Made by a program: the position numbers and the translations under genes. From Tubiluchus corallicola (taxonomy: Eukaryota > Animalia > Priapulida), in the NCBI GenBank assembly GCA_030141605.1, contig JAQGDQ010000135.1, positions 1 to 64,000 of the forward strand: DNA of 64,000 bases, read 5' to 3'. This document shows, piece by piece, positions 27,380 to 55,500 of this stretch (the stretch's first letter is position 1; each line of letters begins with the position of its first letter). The notes below the pieces were generated by a model. That model did no database searches. It was given only the letters and a program-made list of their open reading frames with translations, and had not been told where the DNA came from.

Positions 27380-28060
27380 GAAAGAATGTCCAAAATTACT
27401 AGAAAAAAAGAAATCTCAAAGTTAACAAAACGAAAAATGAAGCATATAACATATCACCGTATAGAGGTCAATGCTGGAAGCGTTGCAAATACATGGGATC
27501 AATACTAAACACAGAAGATTATAAAAAATAGGAAACAATGGGCAATGTGCGGTTTTATCCAAAATAAATCAATTCTAACCAACAAGAAACTATCACTCAA
27601 AACCAGGCTGCGACTCTTTAATGCATATATAACTAGTATCTTCACGTACAACAGTGAAGTGTAGGGCTTAACTGCAACGCATGAAGCAAAAATAAATGTA
27701 TTTCACAGAGGCCTACTCAGAAAAATCTATAACAGAACCAAAGAGGGACATTGGAGCACTAAAATCAGAATGAGGAGACAAAGATTGGTAGAACGTTTAA
27801 TGAGATTGCCAGAAACAACACCAGTGAGATTAGCATTATATGAGACACCGAAACCTACAAAACGACCTCCAGGCACACCAAAAACAACCTGGATATCAGG
27901 AATTAATAAAATTCACAACAGCTGAAACCAAACCCAGCAATAGCATAACAAGAGTTGAAAATTTTAGCTGCAGACAGGAAACACTGGAGTGCTCTAATAA
28001 AGATTAGAAGCTCTATGTCTACAATAATTGTTTAGAGCAACAGTCGAAGAAGAAGAAGAG
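27380..28060 (+). mobile_element. RTE-clade LINE, 5'-truncated and decayed
   Basis: Frames give KYMGS, KLSLKTRLRLFNAYITSIFTYNSEV*, RLMRLPETTPVRLAL..RPPGTPKTTW and LAADRKHW, followed by a (GAA)n tail at about 28046-28060. Confidence 0.85.
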
Positions 28061-30614
28061 CCATAGATATTTATACTACTACGTGATCTATGTCAATTGC
28101 TCAGAGGATAGTTTTAGATAAAGCACATGCACCTGAGGATGCACCATCTAAATCTATTGCTCAGAGCCATTGTACGTGCTTAGAGTGAGCGATACAGGGC
28201 TTCCAGTGAGTGATATCAAGTGAAGACCACCTGCTGTTTGCTATAATTACTTGCAAGTTGGAACTGCACAAAACTTACAAGAAAAATTTAGAAAACGTTG
28301 TACAATAAATGTAAATACATACAAAGAAGTTCCTGATGATTTGCCTAAGTGATATTTTATGATCGAGCTTTTAATTACTAAAAAATAATTATACAGTAAC
28401 TTTTGAAGCCAGACCAAAACTCGTCAAAATAAAAAAAGTGGGCAAATGATAAGGAACTTAACTGCCACACATAAGACTAACTAAAGTGGAAAACAAACAA
28501 ATGCCAGAACAAGGCATAATTATAAGAACATCTTATGTACTTGAACTGTGCGAAATCCAATACAGTTAATTTGACTAGGCCATTCCAGTAGCATGAATAA
28601 GCTTACGGAGTTAATCTGACACGTTTTTTCCTGGCCCAAATTACAGCCATCCCAAACACTCTTCATCAGTTTCTCCTTGCCGAGTGGCTTGTTTGTTATC
28701 TGTGTGTAAAAATCACAACTTAATATTACAGTCTCTGCAGTTTCAACAAATATCTTTACCACATTTACACACTCTTTTTCCCTGTAGTATTCTACTTTCC
28801 AGGCATACAAAGGATTTCCTGACAGTTTTGTTGCACTGGCCTTGGCTTTAAGTCCCAAAGGCTGTCCCAAAGTCTCAGTCATCCATGGTTCAAGTGGTGT
28901 ACTACTTTTGCAATCTTTGAATTTTTCCACTTTAGAACTTACTTGATTTTTCATCCCACATTTTTAATTTCTTTGTGGCTATAGCTTTCTCTATATGCAC
29001 ATCCCATGCTTTTTTACCCAAATGTTTGTCATAAATTTTATTTCAGATCTGCATCATTTGGTTCTCCAATGCCACAATATTGCCAAACACAGATATGGAT
29101 AGAGCCCTGACTCATTGAAGCCATTTTGATCGCAATGTATGTGTCACTATGCCCATGTTACCACTTTTTCAACAGCTGATCTTCACTCATAAATATGATT
29201 CTTTGAAAAAAATTACGCAAGATGTTAATTGCGTTTAATTCTTCAACAAATGAAAACCCAGCTTCACCTCTAACAGCAGTGCTACTACATCCTTCCAGAA
29301 CCATCTTACATCATGACTTCACAGTACCGTTCGTATTGTAAACACAACTTTTGTTTAGCCAGACGGATTTATCTTAATTTTGGATTTCTTACAAAAAGTT
29401 TGGGCATCATAATGCTTCTATGCTTCTTTAGAGTAATTTAGTTTACTAGGAACCGGATTTGGTGATCGCGCCATGACAACGATGACCATATTAGGAAAAT
29501 GAACCTTTCCCACTGGACATTCGGTTTCTACCACAGTCTGCAAAACCGTTTGTAGTATATTTGTGTAAGATTTCAACTTCCTACAGTTGTGACAACAACA
29601 TGTGCATGGTTATAATGACAGATTCTGCAAACTTTGGATCTAATTGGCCTAAACTTTGGCTTAATGGTTTTCCTCTTAAATATTGTTATTCTTAATAGTG
29701 ATTATTTAGGTTATATATTTCGAACTTCGACAATTGACGAAGTTATGAAAACACAGTTAAAAGGTCTTTATGTAAGGGCAAATACTTTATACCAGAAATA
29801 CTATAGTTTCTAAATGTTGTAAATACGAAAATAATGTTGTCCAACTCATATGCCCGAAATTCTAGCCTGAAGCATTTGTATTTTTTTACACTGTTTTATG
29901 CACTGATGAATGTCCCATATAGATGTATATTTTTAGTATTTGTGACGTTCAGTCTATTACATATAAGACAAAGTTAAAATTAATGAAGATTATAATTGTG
30001 TAACTTTTTGATGGTGTAACTTTTTCTAATACAACTATATGTCAGCTCTTCAACTTTCTGGCTAGGTGTAGCATAAGGAAAATTTTTTAAATTTTTTTAA
30101 TATTCCTAACTATGACGTAATTACGAAAAAGATAGCTGAATTATATGTGAGTTGGCAAAACTACATTTTTTATTATTGGTGTTATTGACAAACTGTATAT
30201 ATTACTGCCATATCATAAAGCAAATCTATGGGCTTTTTGGTACAGATTACATTTTGCCTTATGCAATTAGCATGTCCAATTTTCTTACGTATAAAATTTT
30301 TAATAGTGTTGCATTCTTTTCTGAATCATGTATTTTTTATGATCTGTCTTGCATGTAATGTGTCTTGCGTGTCTGTCTTGCAATCTGCTTAGCAATTAAT
30401 TTATTTGGTACTTGCTAAAAAGTAAAAGAGCTCCATACCTTGCTGACAAAGCTTGCATAATTCTTCATATGATTCCAATGAATGTTTAGAGTCTGTAGCC
30501 CGTACCAAACTGTACCAAAAATCAGATGTGTAGCAGTGGCTGCAGAGCAGAAATCACATGTTTCATTTACTGCTTCCACAATATCGTGATTGTTCATTTT
30601 GCGCTTTTGGTTTA

Positions 30615-30626
30615 GTCGCCATTTTG
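30615..30626. promoter_or_regulatory. YY1-type motif (CGCCATTTT) near the OGT start
   Basis: gtcgccattttg about 100 nt upstream of the OGT ATG; this motif is common near housekeeping-gene start sites. Confidence 0.4.
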
Positions 30627-30721
30627 CTGTTATTTGTCCTTTTGCGATGTTGTTATTATTTTCTAACATATTTGTACCATTATTCGAGATTATTTAAGAA
30701 CTAAACGTTCTTTGTCTTAAA

Positions 30722-45421
<14,700 letters not shown>

Positions 45422-47074
45422 GTAGCAGCTGTTAAGATGAGTGTTTATTAAAGAAAGGTAGTAACAAAGTTTTTTTTAATGATAGTGAAAGGCATCGCCA
45501 GCTGCTAAAGGTACAACCAATATTTGTTTTTTATCCAAGCTCTTTGGAATAAGTAATCATTGCTTGCACTTTTAATTGTTGGTAAGGTCTTTCACTACTA
45601 ATTTTCATTGTAGTAGGTTCAACATTTCCAAAATTTCGAATATGTGCAAAGAATAATTCTGATAATTAAATAGTGCGGAGTTACTCTTTAAAGTCTTTTG
45701 TCACTGTTTATGTAGGATAGTAAAAGATAATCTTGAAAAGGGAAAACTCCATAAATTTGTTTATTTATATAGGAATCTAAATGAGAGTTGGGTCTTTTAA
45801 TTCTTCACCTGGTCTATGAAGTAAAGAAGTTTTGTCACGGCGGTTTGCGGTTGTTTCAACGTGTGTGCTGTGAAATCTGCTTTGTAGGTGTATTCGTCTA
45901 CGTTTTTAGCGACAAACACATCTGTTACATCAACTTTTTTATAGTTTGACATTCTCTACAAAGTTGTTTCTTTATTATTCACAACTTAAAACCTTTGTAT
46001 AAGTTATAAAAATGAAGATTAGCAAAGTTGATTCTGAATTGCTGTTTTTAAATAATTTGCATTTGCTTAACTATCAAACACTATCAGAATGCTATCAAAG
46101 TTTGAAAGCAAAATTGTAAGTGACAGCAGCTCAATAAGAATCTGGTGTTTATTTCTGCACATTCAAATGAGAAAATCTCTTACTGTTTGAAACTTCCTGC
46201 ATACCAAGAAATATCTGGCAATTTTGGAGATTTTACAAGATAAAAAACTCATCAGCCAAAGGTCATTAGAAAGGAAAATTTGTGTCAAAAGAGATTATTT
46301 TTATTGTGAGGCATGTGTGACAACAAAGGTGTGATACTGTCAAGAGTTTGTTAGTGTGTCTTGTATATTTTGTTCAGGATATTTTAGCTATAGGATCGTA
46401 ATTAATCTGCGCATTTGTAAATAATTGATTACTTTATGTTGCAAAATGTTTGTATAAATAATTATTATTACCATTGCTGTGTTTAATATTTTGATGTTCT
46501 TTGCTTACGAATTGTTAATCATCTGCCAGGGGTATAAGTTAATGTGGTCGTGTTACAAATAGGCTGATTTTGATTGTGCTCCCTTGTAAGTGGGTAATGA
46601 TTATCTAACAGATCTTGATCAGCCTTGCTACTAAGTTTGATAACTCTTTCAGTTATTTAGACAGGCATTTGTAAAGACATGTCATGTGCTTTGATGATTA
46701 TGCTTTCAGTTAGTATTTTGTTAATTTTTTATTATCATTTTTAGTTTTTTCATACCAGAGTGGGAATTTTCTTTATCAGTTTGTTTTAATTTTTCGTTTC
46801 GGCGATTTTAGCGTGTATTTACTCAAACGAAGTACTTTGTTGTTGGAATTTTTCATAGGTACTGTAGCATTACTGCAGTTATTTAATACAGTTTAATACA
46901 GTGGTTTACAAAATGAGAGTAATAAAGGATGAGTAATTTGAAGCCAGTCTAGCTTACTGTAGTTGTTTTACGAGCAACAACGAGGACAATGCCGTCACAG
47001 ATATTTTTAAGTTGATATTTCATAGGTGGCATGATTTCACCTTTTTCCATCCTGGTTTTAATGGACAGTGATCG

Positions 47075-47131
47075 TATAAATACTTTATTGTTTTGCATAC
47101 TCTATAAATACTTTATTGTTTTGCATACTCT
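47075..47131. repeat. Tandem duplication, 2 x 28 bp
   Basis: tataaatactttattgttttgcatactc twice. Confidence 0.85.
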
Positions 47132-47437
47132 TGTATTGTATTCTCGTACACAAGATATTGCTAAATAAACCAGCTCATGTTAAACGAACATAATCTGTGG
47201 GTAGCAATGTTAAATTAACTGACCCTAGACAACACGCGTGATGATGAATTCTACCTTTGTGTAACATTGCAAAGTAGATAAATACGACACACACCTGACC
47301 TCCCATACAAATATTGAGGACAAGTAATAATATATAATTTATGTAATGGTCGTAAGTGTGGTCTAAGAATGTGTAGTGAATTTGGCTTAACTGTGGATTT
47401 ACAACATCCATGTTAGCGCACTTAAATGCCCTATTAA

Positions 47438-48045
47438 AGGAAAATCATTCCCAATCTTAAATTGCAGGTCAAAAAATCTACTTTTTAAAATATTGAAAGA
47501 GAACATACTATTTTTTCAAAAATGGCTTAGTGAAAGCATTATTACCAGACAAATGCAATTTTGCGTTGGCGCTACTAGTTTTTCGCTGTTGCATGAATTT
47601 TGCCATTTGCTAGTTAGACTGACACTAGCGCCTACATTTCAGAAATGCGTTGCGCAAAAAAAACAGGTGCTGTACCTCTCAATCCAGAGGTGTTCGTTTG
47701 TGATGCATTACACATGCTCGGCATCTCATGCACGAGTACAGCGGTAAATTTGAAATTTGAATTTTTATCTTAAGTACTGAATCTTCGCTTTTGCAAATAC
47801 GTGCACCGTGTTCATGGAATGCTTTTGCTGTTAAAAATTATGTTCATTTGTGATGTCATCAATAGTTGGGCTCGCCCGCCATTAATTAAGATTTTTATTT
47901 GTTATTTAATTATCAGAAGCACTTTTGCTGTATTATTGGTGTTAAAATGTATACTTTTTACCGGACTTGAAAATGGGGTAGTATATGAAAAATCATCGTG
48001 TCTTCTTTTAAGAAAGCTTCCTGAATTTCTCTCATACAAATTCCC
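47438..48045. mobile_element. Kolobok-like non-autonomous element between the OGT and FAT4 3' ends
   Basis: TTAA|AGGAA..TTCCC|TTAA ends (TTAA at 47434-47437 and 48046-48049); second copy at 18003-18430. Confidence 0.65.
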
Positions 48046-49580
48046 TTAAGACAGTCAACTGAGGACATGTAGTCTCAGCTATATAAAAAAGAAGACCTGA
48101 ATTAAAATTTGTAAAATTTATTAAACTTCTTGCAGTCGAGCAGGACGGCATATTTAAATAAGTTTTGACATGTCAGCAAAAGGCCCTATTATAAATACAA
48201 TAACACAGTTTGTGCACAAAACATGTTAAAGTACTACGTAGTATACTTTAAAAACAATCAAATTAAATTAAAAAAATTGAATGGCAGGATAGTTTGATAT
48301 AGTTCTATTCATATATATGTTCAGCCAATACAAATGTCACCAATTAATTTACTACATAATTATAATGGCTATTACTGTGCAAATCTATATACAATTTTTC
48401 ATATCTGTAGCAAAATATCAAAAATTTGAACAAACAATTTTGATTATTGTCAAGTTATACATAAAAAATAATCGAGAGACAATATTTACAACAAATAATG
48501 GCACATTGAGTATTATAATAAAGTGGACGCTAATTATTAACACAGTAAATTGCATTAGTTAATTAATTACTTGATATCTGCTACTAAGATGAAGTCTTAA
48601 ATGAGATTTAGCATTCCACCAAGATGAACATATTAGTTACGCAGTTAGAATTTACCAAGTAAAGTCCAACTTCCCGTACCGTGCACAGTAGAAATTGTTA
48701 AAAACAAACTTGATGCTGGCAGCAACAATTAAAAAGAGTGATTTGTTGACAATTTTCATTATTGCAGTTGTTAATGTCGCTCTGTATTAGAATAAAACCC
48801 GATAGTAAAACCACAATGGACAATAAAAATAGTGCGAAATTCATGTTACAAAGACTTGAAACTAAAAAATGGAGTCATTCAACATGCAAGATCCCAATAT
48901 CGAATAGTAACAAGTTAGTCAAAATCTAGCTGCTTCGTAAACAATTGGGCTTTGATATGGAATAAGACAGATGTACTAGTAATGCAGTATCAACATAGTC
49001 CAATCAACTTTATCAAGCAAACTGAAGCAGGTGCAAAATACAGCTACTGCTTACTTACATATAATGCAACATAAAACAAATGGAGAGTGACATGATACAT
49101 CAGAAAATTTCTTATAAAAATAAAGTATGTGTCATATTTGCAAGTATAAAACATATCTACACGTTGATGATAAAAAATGGCACGCCGTTATTGTCACGAA
49201 TAATGGTTATAAAGACAGGAAATAATCTACAGGTCCGAAAATACAAATATTCAAGTGTGCTCTGTTAAAATTATTGCAACATCAGTCACAGAGCAAGCCA
49301 GGCTGCAAAGTATTTTTCTCAGTTTTAAAGTTTGATTCAATCAGCACGAATGATTCACAGCAGCTCTGTTATTCGTAAAACTTAAATGCGTTTTGTTTGT
49401 CACTCATTAATAAGACTAGCATAAGCTGCATGACTGGTCATGAACATGAGATGTATGACCTCACAACCGTACGATCCTGAGCACCAATACTGATATTGAG
49501 AAGTTCAATATGTTTTTCACATTAGAAACACGAACATTTTTAATATTATGCAATACAAAACCTGTATGTTAAACAGGGAA

Positions 49581-52500
49581 CTACACATATTCTTCACCAA
49601 CCGGAGGACCCGCGCTGGGAGCAACATTGTGTAGATCATCTGTTCCTTCATCTAGCGAGGCAATGTCCTTAAACACACCGACTAGATTTTCAAAGTTTGG
49701 ACCCCAGTTGAACATGTAGTCCCAGGATAGTGAACTACGAGCGTTACCGTTGGAACCATTTTCACGTGATCGCGGCATCCGCGTCAGCCGATCGTCATCA
49801 GATGTGATGAGCGTGGAGACTGAACCACGTGTGCCAGCTGGATCAGCCTGATCCTTAACAAGTCTGGCTAGCCTGTCACTCGGATTATCTCTGGGTCCAT
49901 CATATTCATACTCAGAACACGTAAATGAGTCATTGCCACTTTCATCCGAACTGGAATCCGCACTGCTCAAGGCAGTGGCTGGCGATTTAGTCCGATTTTT
50001 TGGCGTACTGCTAGTGTTCGATGCATTGTCCATTGTGCTATTGAGACCAGAACTAGCTGAAGAATTCGTATTATCACCTTTCGAAACTCGATTCAAACCT
50101 CGCGGAGAGTCTTTGCACTGCGAAGGGTGAATAATATGATTGCTATTATTATTAGAAGTGTTATTTTTACACTGTTTATTTTGACTGTTCACTTCGTCTG
50201 GCGGAACACTACTTTCGGTTTCATGCTCACCTTCTTCAATCACTGGTTCTAATCGCAGTGGAACGGGTTTCACAGCTAAATTCTCATTAGTTTCTTCCAT
50301 TAGCGCACCACTATCATGATCAGGCACTATAATCACACCATTTTGTGAACTCGACACATTTCTAATGGGTGGCACCGGCGGGGGTTGCTCTTGCTCCCAG
50401 AGTTGCATAGCAATTGGAGACGCCCGCTCTTGTATTCTGCCTGGACTATTACGGCTTCTCACATGTGGCACTGGAGCTGGTGCCATCAAAAGCGGCCCGG
50501 GATCATCATATTTGTTTTCTGGTCCGGCTTCAACTACATCTGGCCTTGGTGGTGGAAAAAGCATATTCTGTGGACTGTACATTTTCTTTTTTTTGCGAAT
50601 CTCTCTGTGAAGATGGCCATGTGGTACCTCAATCCGCCCGGACTCAGAGTCTGTGTTGCCAGGTGATGTATCATTTGCTGGATTGCAGTATGCAGCAGCT
50701 TTCACTTTTTTATCTCTAAGCTTCCGCTGTCTGAATACGACGAATGAGACGAGCAAAATGACGAATAATAAACTAAAGAAAGCTATAACAACGATCACGC
50801 CCACATGTAGAGCGCCACTTGCTGCTTCGCCGGCGAGGGGAATGCATCTGTAGTGGTACCACTCATCCACACACGTTTCTCCAACTCCACAATTACTACT
50901 GTTACACATGGGCGGGCCACTACACCCTGAGGTAATGTCTCCATAAACACGCGAGATGAACTGAGAGCTGGAACCCAACAGTGGTTGTATCATATCATTG
51001 ATTTTCAATGTGGATAAACACCCATCAAACCCTGAAATGATCCAACAAAAGATATTAGCTCAGCTTCTGGCAGCACTACATAATGCATTAACCCCAATTC
51101 AATTTGTTAATACACTTAAAGCTCAGTGTTTCAATTACAAAAAGAACAATCTTAAGATTCGGACAATACTGCAAGGACCTGACATGCAAAACATCAAAAT
51201 TTTGAATAACTACAGTGATTAAATGACCATATGTTGTTTTATTTTAGAAAAGATAAAATCACCTACCCGATACAGCATTTCCATCATTATAGGAAACATG
51301 TCCTCCAAGTGATAAACTAATCAGATCAGCGGCAAGAAAGTCGTGTCCCTGTTCTATGGCCATCTTGGCTACATCAGCACCATCTAGATCAAGCATAATC
51401 GCATCTCTGCGATACAAGGTTACCAGGTGCCATTGACCATCAGAAACGTTTGCATTGCTACCAACTGTCATCTCATTCACTACACCTGTTGGTCCCTTAG
51501 ATGTGTATTTAATACCACCACTATGTACCTAGAAAATAGTTCAGAGCACAATTTATTATAACATAAAAACATATTTTCTAGTTTCTGTTTAGTTTAAACA
51601 TAAAAAATTACAACCATTGGGCATACAGTAAAACTGATATATATATAACTATAGTTACAGAGATATTACAAATACAATGCATGAAAGACAAAGGGTACAA
51701 TTAGTATCTACATAACAATTAAAAAAGACAGTCGCAATTTAATAAGTACGAGGAAATGGAATGTGTAATAGTACATAACATTATCAACTGAAAATATTGA
51801 ATTCAGCTTGAGTTAAAACGTTTAGTTTGTTTGCACTTTAGTTTTAATATAATTACGCACAACAGTAAATATCCTACAGTTTCTTGCAAAACTTGGTCAA
51901 ACTGAAAACAAAATATATTTTGATATCATATGAAAAGCATATTGGTGTGAAAACTGGTGTCATTTTGCAAGCTACAGCAGAACACGACTAATTGCCACAT
52001 AATCATAAACAATGCAGGCAATAATTTGACAGTTAACAGAAGGCAGAAAAGGCAACACAAACCTGTAGCATTGTGTATTCGTATGTGGAAGCTGCAAACA
52101 GCAAAAGTCCTTTGTTTGCACGGGTGCGAAACTTGAAAGAAATGCTCTTGTAGTTTGGTTCGGCAAGCAAGTCGTCCTCATGGTCGCTACCAGAAGATCG
52201 TCGATGACGATGAGTGCGTAACACTCGATCGGCAAACAGTATTTCCCGCATGAATGCCTCTGTCATTGTAAGCTCCACTCTCGCCTCTTTAGCAAAACTG
52301 ACCTCTTCCACAGCTGCAAAAAAATCACAAGAAAAAACTAAGAGTAAGTTCAATTAATAAAATTTAGATTTATCATTATTCTATAAATCGCGTGAATTGA
52401 AAAGTATAAAGCATAAACGGTGAATATATAACAAGATTACAAACCTCTAAAGCACACAAGAAAACATTTTGGCTTAAAATAATACCTCCTGGTTTTATCA

Positions 52501-55500
52501 ACATAAAAAAAATTACGGCTTATATAAGTGAATCTTACCTTTGGCACAGGCAACAGTGCTGGTGCCCTCTGCGCAGTTACAACCATACTTGTCCCACTGA
52601 TCAAAACATGCTGAATCTTGTCCACAGGGAGAGCCACTACAGACGTCCTCTCTTCTCGGACAATGGCTAGTAACACGACGAGAGGAAAGCGGACGATTTA
52701 AATCCAACCTGTACAAAGTCGAAAAATGAAACCTTACTATTTCTTCTTTTGCAACACAGCAATTTGGCATCATATAAAACATAACAATTATAAATACATT
52801 TGATTTAGTAGAAATCAAATAAACGACTACAAGACTGAAATGAAGTAAATAGTGAAGACGCAACTAATGGGATACATGTGTAGAAGCCCAGTGGTGCAAA
52901 CATGACAGTACACATTTAACAGTAAACTTACAAAATAATGCCCATACTACTAATACAAGCATTCATAAAGACCTTAACAAAATAGTCTGAGAAATTGTGA
53001 TTTTTAAATCCCATTTTAATAGATTTTCATTCTGCCTATACATTTTTATCACAAGTTTATTTTATTTTCTCTGCTGTACTCACTTTTCGTTCAGGTTAAT
53101 AAAAGTAACAGCAACAAAAATGCAAATAGGCAACGAATGTTACTCCATAGTACTTGTGCTATTAATAAACTTTCAAATTTATCAAAATGTCCATCTTGAA
53201 AATAATTAAACAACAGTTGCATCTATGATAATGCACATATTCAACGAACATACGATAAAAAGGTACTCCATTTAATTTTAAGTTGGTTTTATATAAAAGC
53301 ATCATTATCTACAGTATAGGACACTTAAAGTACCTCTAACTAATATAATATAAGTGTTCTGTTTATACCTAATTTTACAAAAATGTTTTGTAATAATTCA
53401 TCTTACAAAAAATGCATTCTTAATATTATACACATCTCGATCCTTATAATTTTTTTGTAGTTACTGACTGTTGTACACTAAACTACAATTTATATAATCT
53501 CTTGTAGAAAAATATAAGGCAGCTGTGACTAAGAAGACAGGGTGTCTCGAATTTTCAAAATCTAACTTTGAATCGACAACCAGGAGACACAATTTGAAAC
53601 ATACGAAGTAATACAAAATCAATGTGTATTATATGCCAGAAATCTACGCCTTGATTTATACAAAAAAGTAATAAATTACCTAACATCATTTACAGTCACA
53701 CTGCGAATACAGCCAATGAAATCACTACTACGGACGTGGTCAGGTCTGTCCAGAAACGTGGCAATAGTTCTTACTCCACCAAGACTCATGCGCTGACCAT
53801 TCAGTCGCAAAAACCTGCAAAAGAATTCTATATTACATCTGAGTTGTACCAAGTGTTTGATACGACAGTGTTCGAAACAAACATCAAAGTTTTAAGTTAC
53901 CGTACTTCGCTTTCTGATGCAGTTTCATGCGAGCTTTCAATATATCATGGCATCAAAAGTGTCTTTGAGCAAATCAAACAAGCACTTCTGCTTCTATTGT
54001 ACACACTACATGAATCTGCCATGCTGGCAAGTAGCAAGTCACGAATAAGTTCATAACCGTTTTTATGTAAACAATACAGTACAGTATAACACAATACAAT
54101 ATAATACAAAAATTGACAAGTGACTACATTTTTAAAATAGCATACTAAGCATGTATTACTCTTAGTATTAATGATAATAAAGACTTCATAATAAGTATGA
54201 TGCTTACTCAGTGGTAGCCTTAGATGATCCAGATGCCTGACACCAATCCTGATGACAATCTTCACATTTTTGTTCATTACATAGACCATAACTAATGCTC
54301 GACCACTGGAAAATAAATGGCAGTCTTTACTAACTTGCTGCTTAACACAGATTTATTTAATTATAATATGCCAAAATGCTTAGCACAATAGATAAATACA
54401 GTAACAAACGTACGTAAATCAAATATAGAAACAAAAGCCACTGAGAAACATAGCTAACACACCTTTCCTCTCCGCTGAGCCTTCAACTTATACCACTGAC
54501 CATCACTAACTGACCCACTAGTGGACAACCGAGTGATAACACCATCTAATTTGTAAGACAGCACTGGCCTTCCTTTGACCAACTCCAGAGCAATGAATGT
54601 AGATGAATCTCCTACATGGTCGTCACTGTTGTATAAGAGCAAGGCATCTTGTGAGACTGTGGCAAACTCGATAACAATGTCATTATTCAACTCATTCAGC
54701 GAAGTGAACTCCATGTAGCTGAGGGAAGGAAATCCGAAGCTGGAGAATTCGCAAAGCTCACCATAGAAGCCAAATGAACATTTGCAGTGGAAGTCATGTG
54801 CTGTTGCCAAACAAGTACCAGAGTTCAAACACGGTTGTGTGGAACACTTACCAATAGTAACGTCACAATTTTTTCCGGTAAATCCCTCTTGGCACTGACA
54901 GTTGTAGCCACCAAACGTGTTCACACAAGCACCGTTGCTGTGGCACACGCCAGGAATTAGACACTCGTCAACGTCCAACTCACAGCGCGCCCCGTGATAT
55001 GCATCTGGACAGGAACAAAATGTTACACCTGCTTGCAAGGAACAAAGTCCGCCGTTCTGACAAACGTTCTCGCTGCACTGGCCTAAGGGAATTTCACAGT
55101 TCTGTCCAGTAAATTGATTTGAACAAGTACACAAGTACGTGTGGTCAGTATATAAAGACTTGTAACTGAGAGAAGCACTGTCAAACATCACTGGCTCACC
55201 ATAAGCTATTGTCCTGCTAGAACATTTACCCTGATTCAAACATGGCGAAGAAATGCAGGGACTGTGGCCAACTTGTAAAATAGGAATACCCGTGGATGCT
55301 TTAATAGCAGCCTGGTTCTTCAAAACAACTCGGGAAATGTTGCTTGGAGGCAAGTAATTGCCATCCTTTAATCGCACGGCCATTTGCAACACTTGTTCGT
55401 TGTTTGATTTTTTCATGCTGTAAATGACAACAGAATTGTCAGTAGGGAAAAGCCCATTTACGGCTTTTACATACAGCTGGTAATACTTATGCATGAAATC

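Noticed and set aside
30415-30669. 84-aa minus ORF as ST13 coding exon 1
   Set aside because: The real Hip N-terminus is at 22520-22396; this ORF has no Hip similarity.
49933-50853. Plus-strand ORFs over the last FAT4 exon (also 56494, 59289, 63378)
   Set aside because: Antisense shadows of coding sequence.
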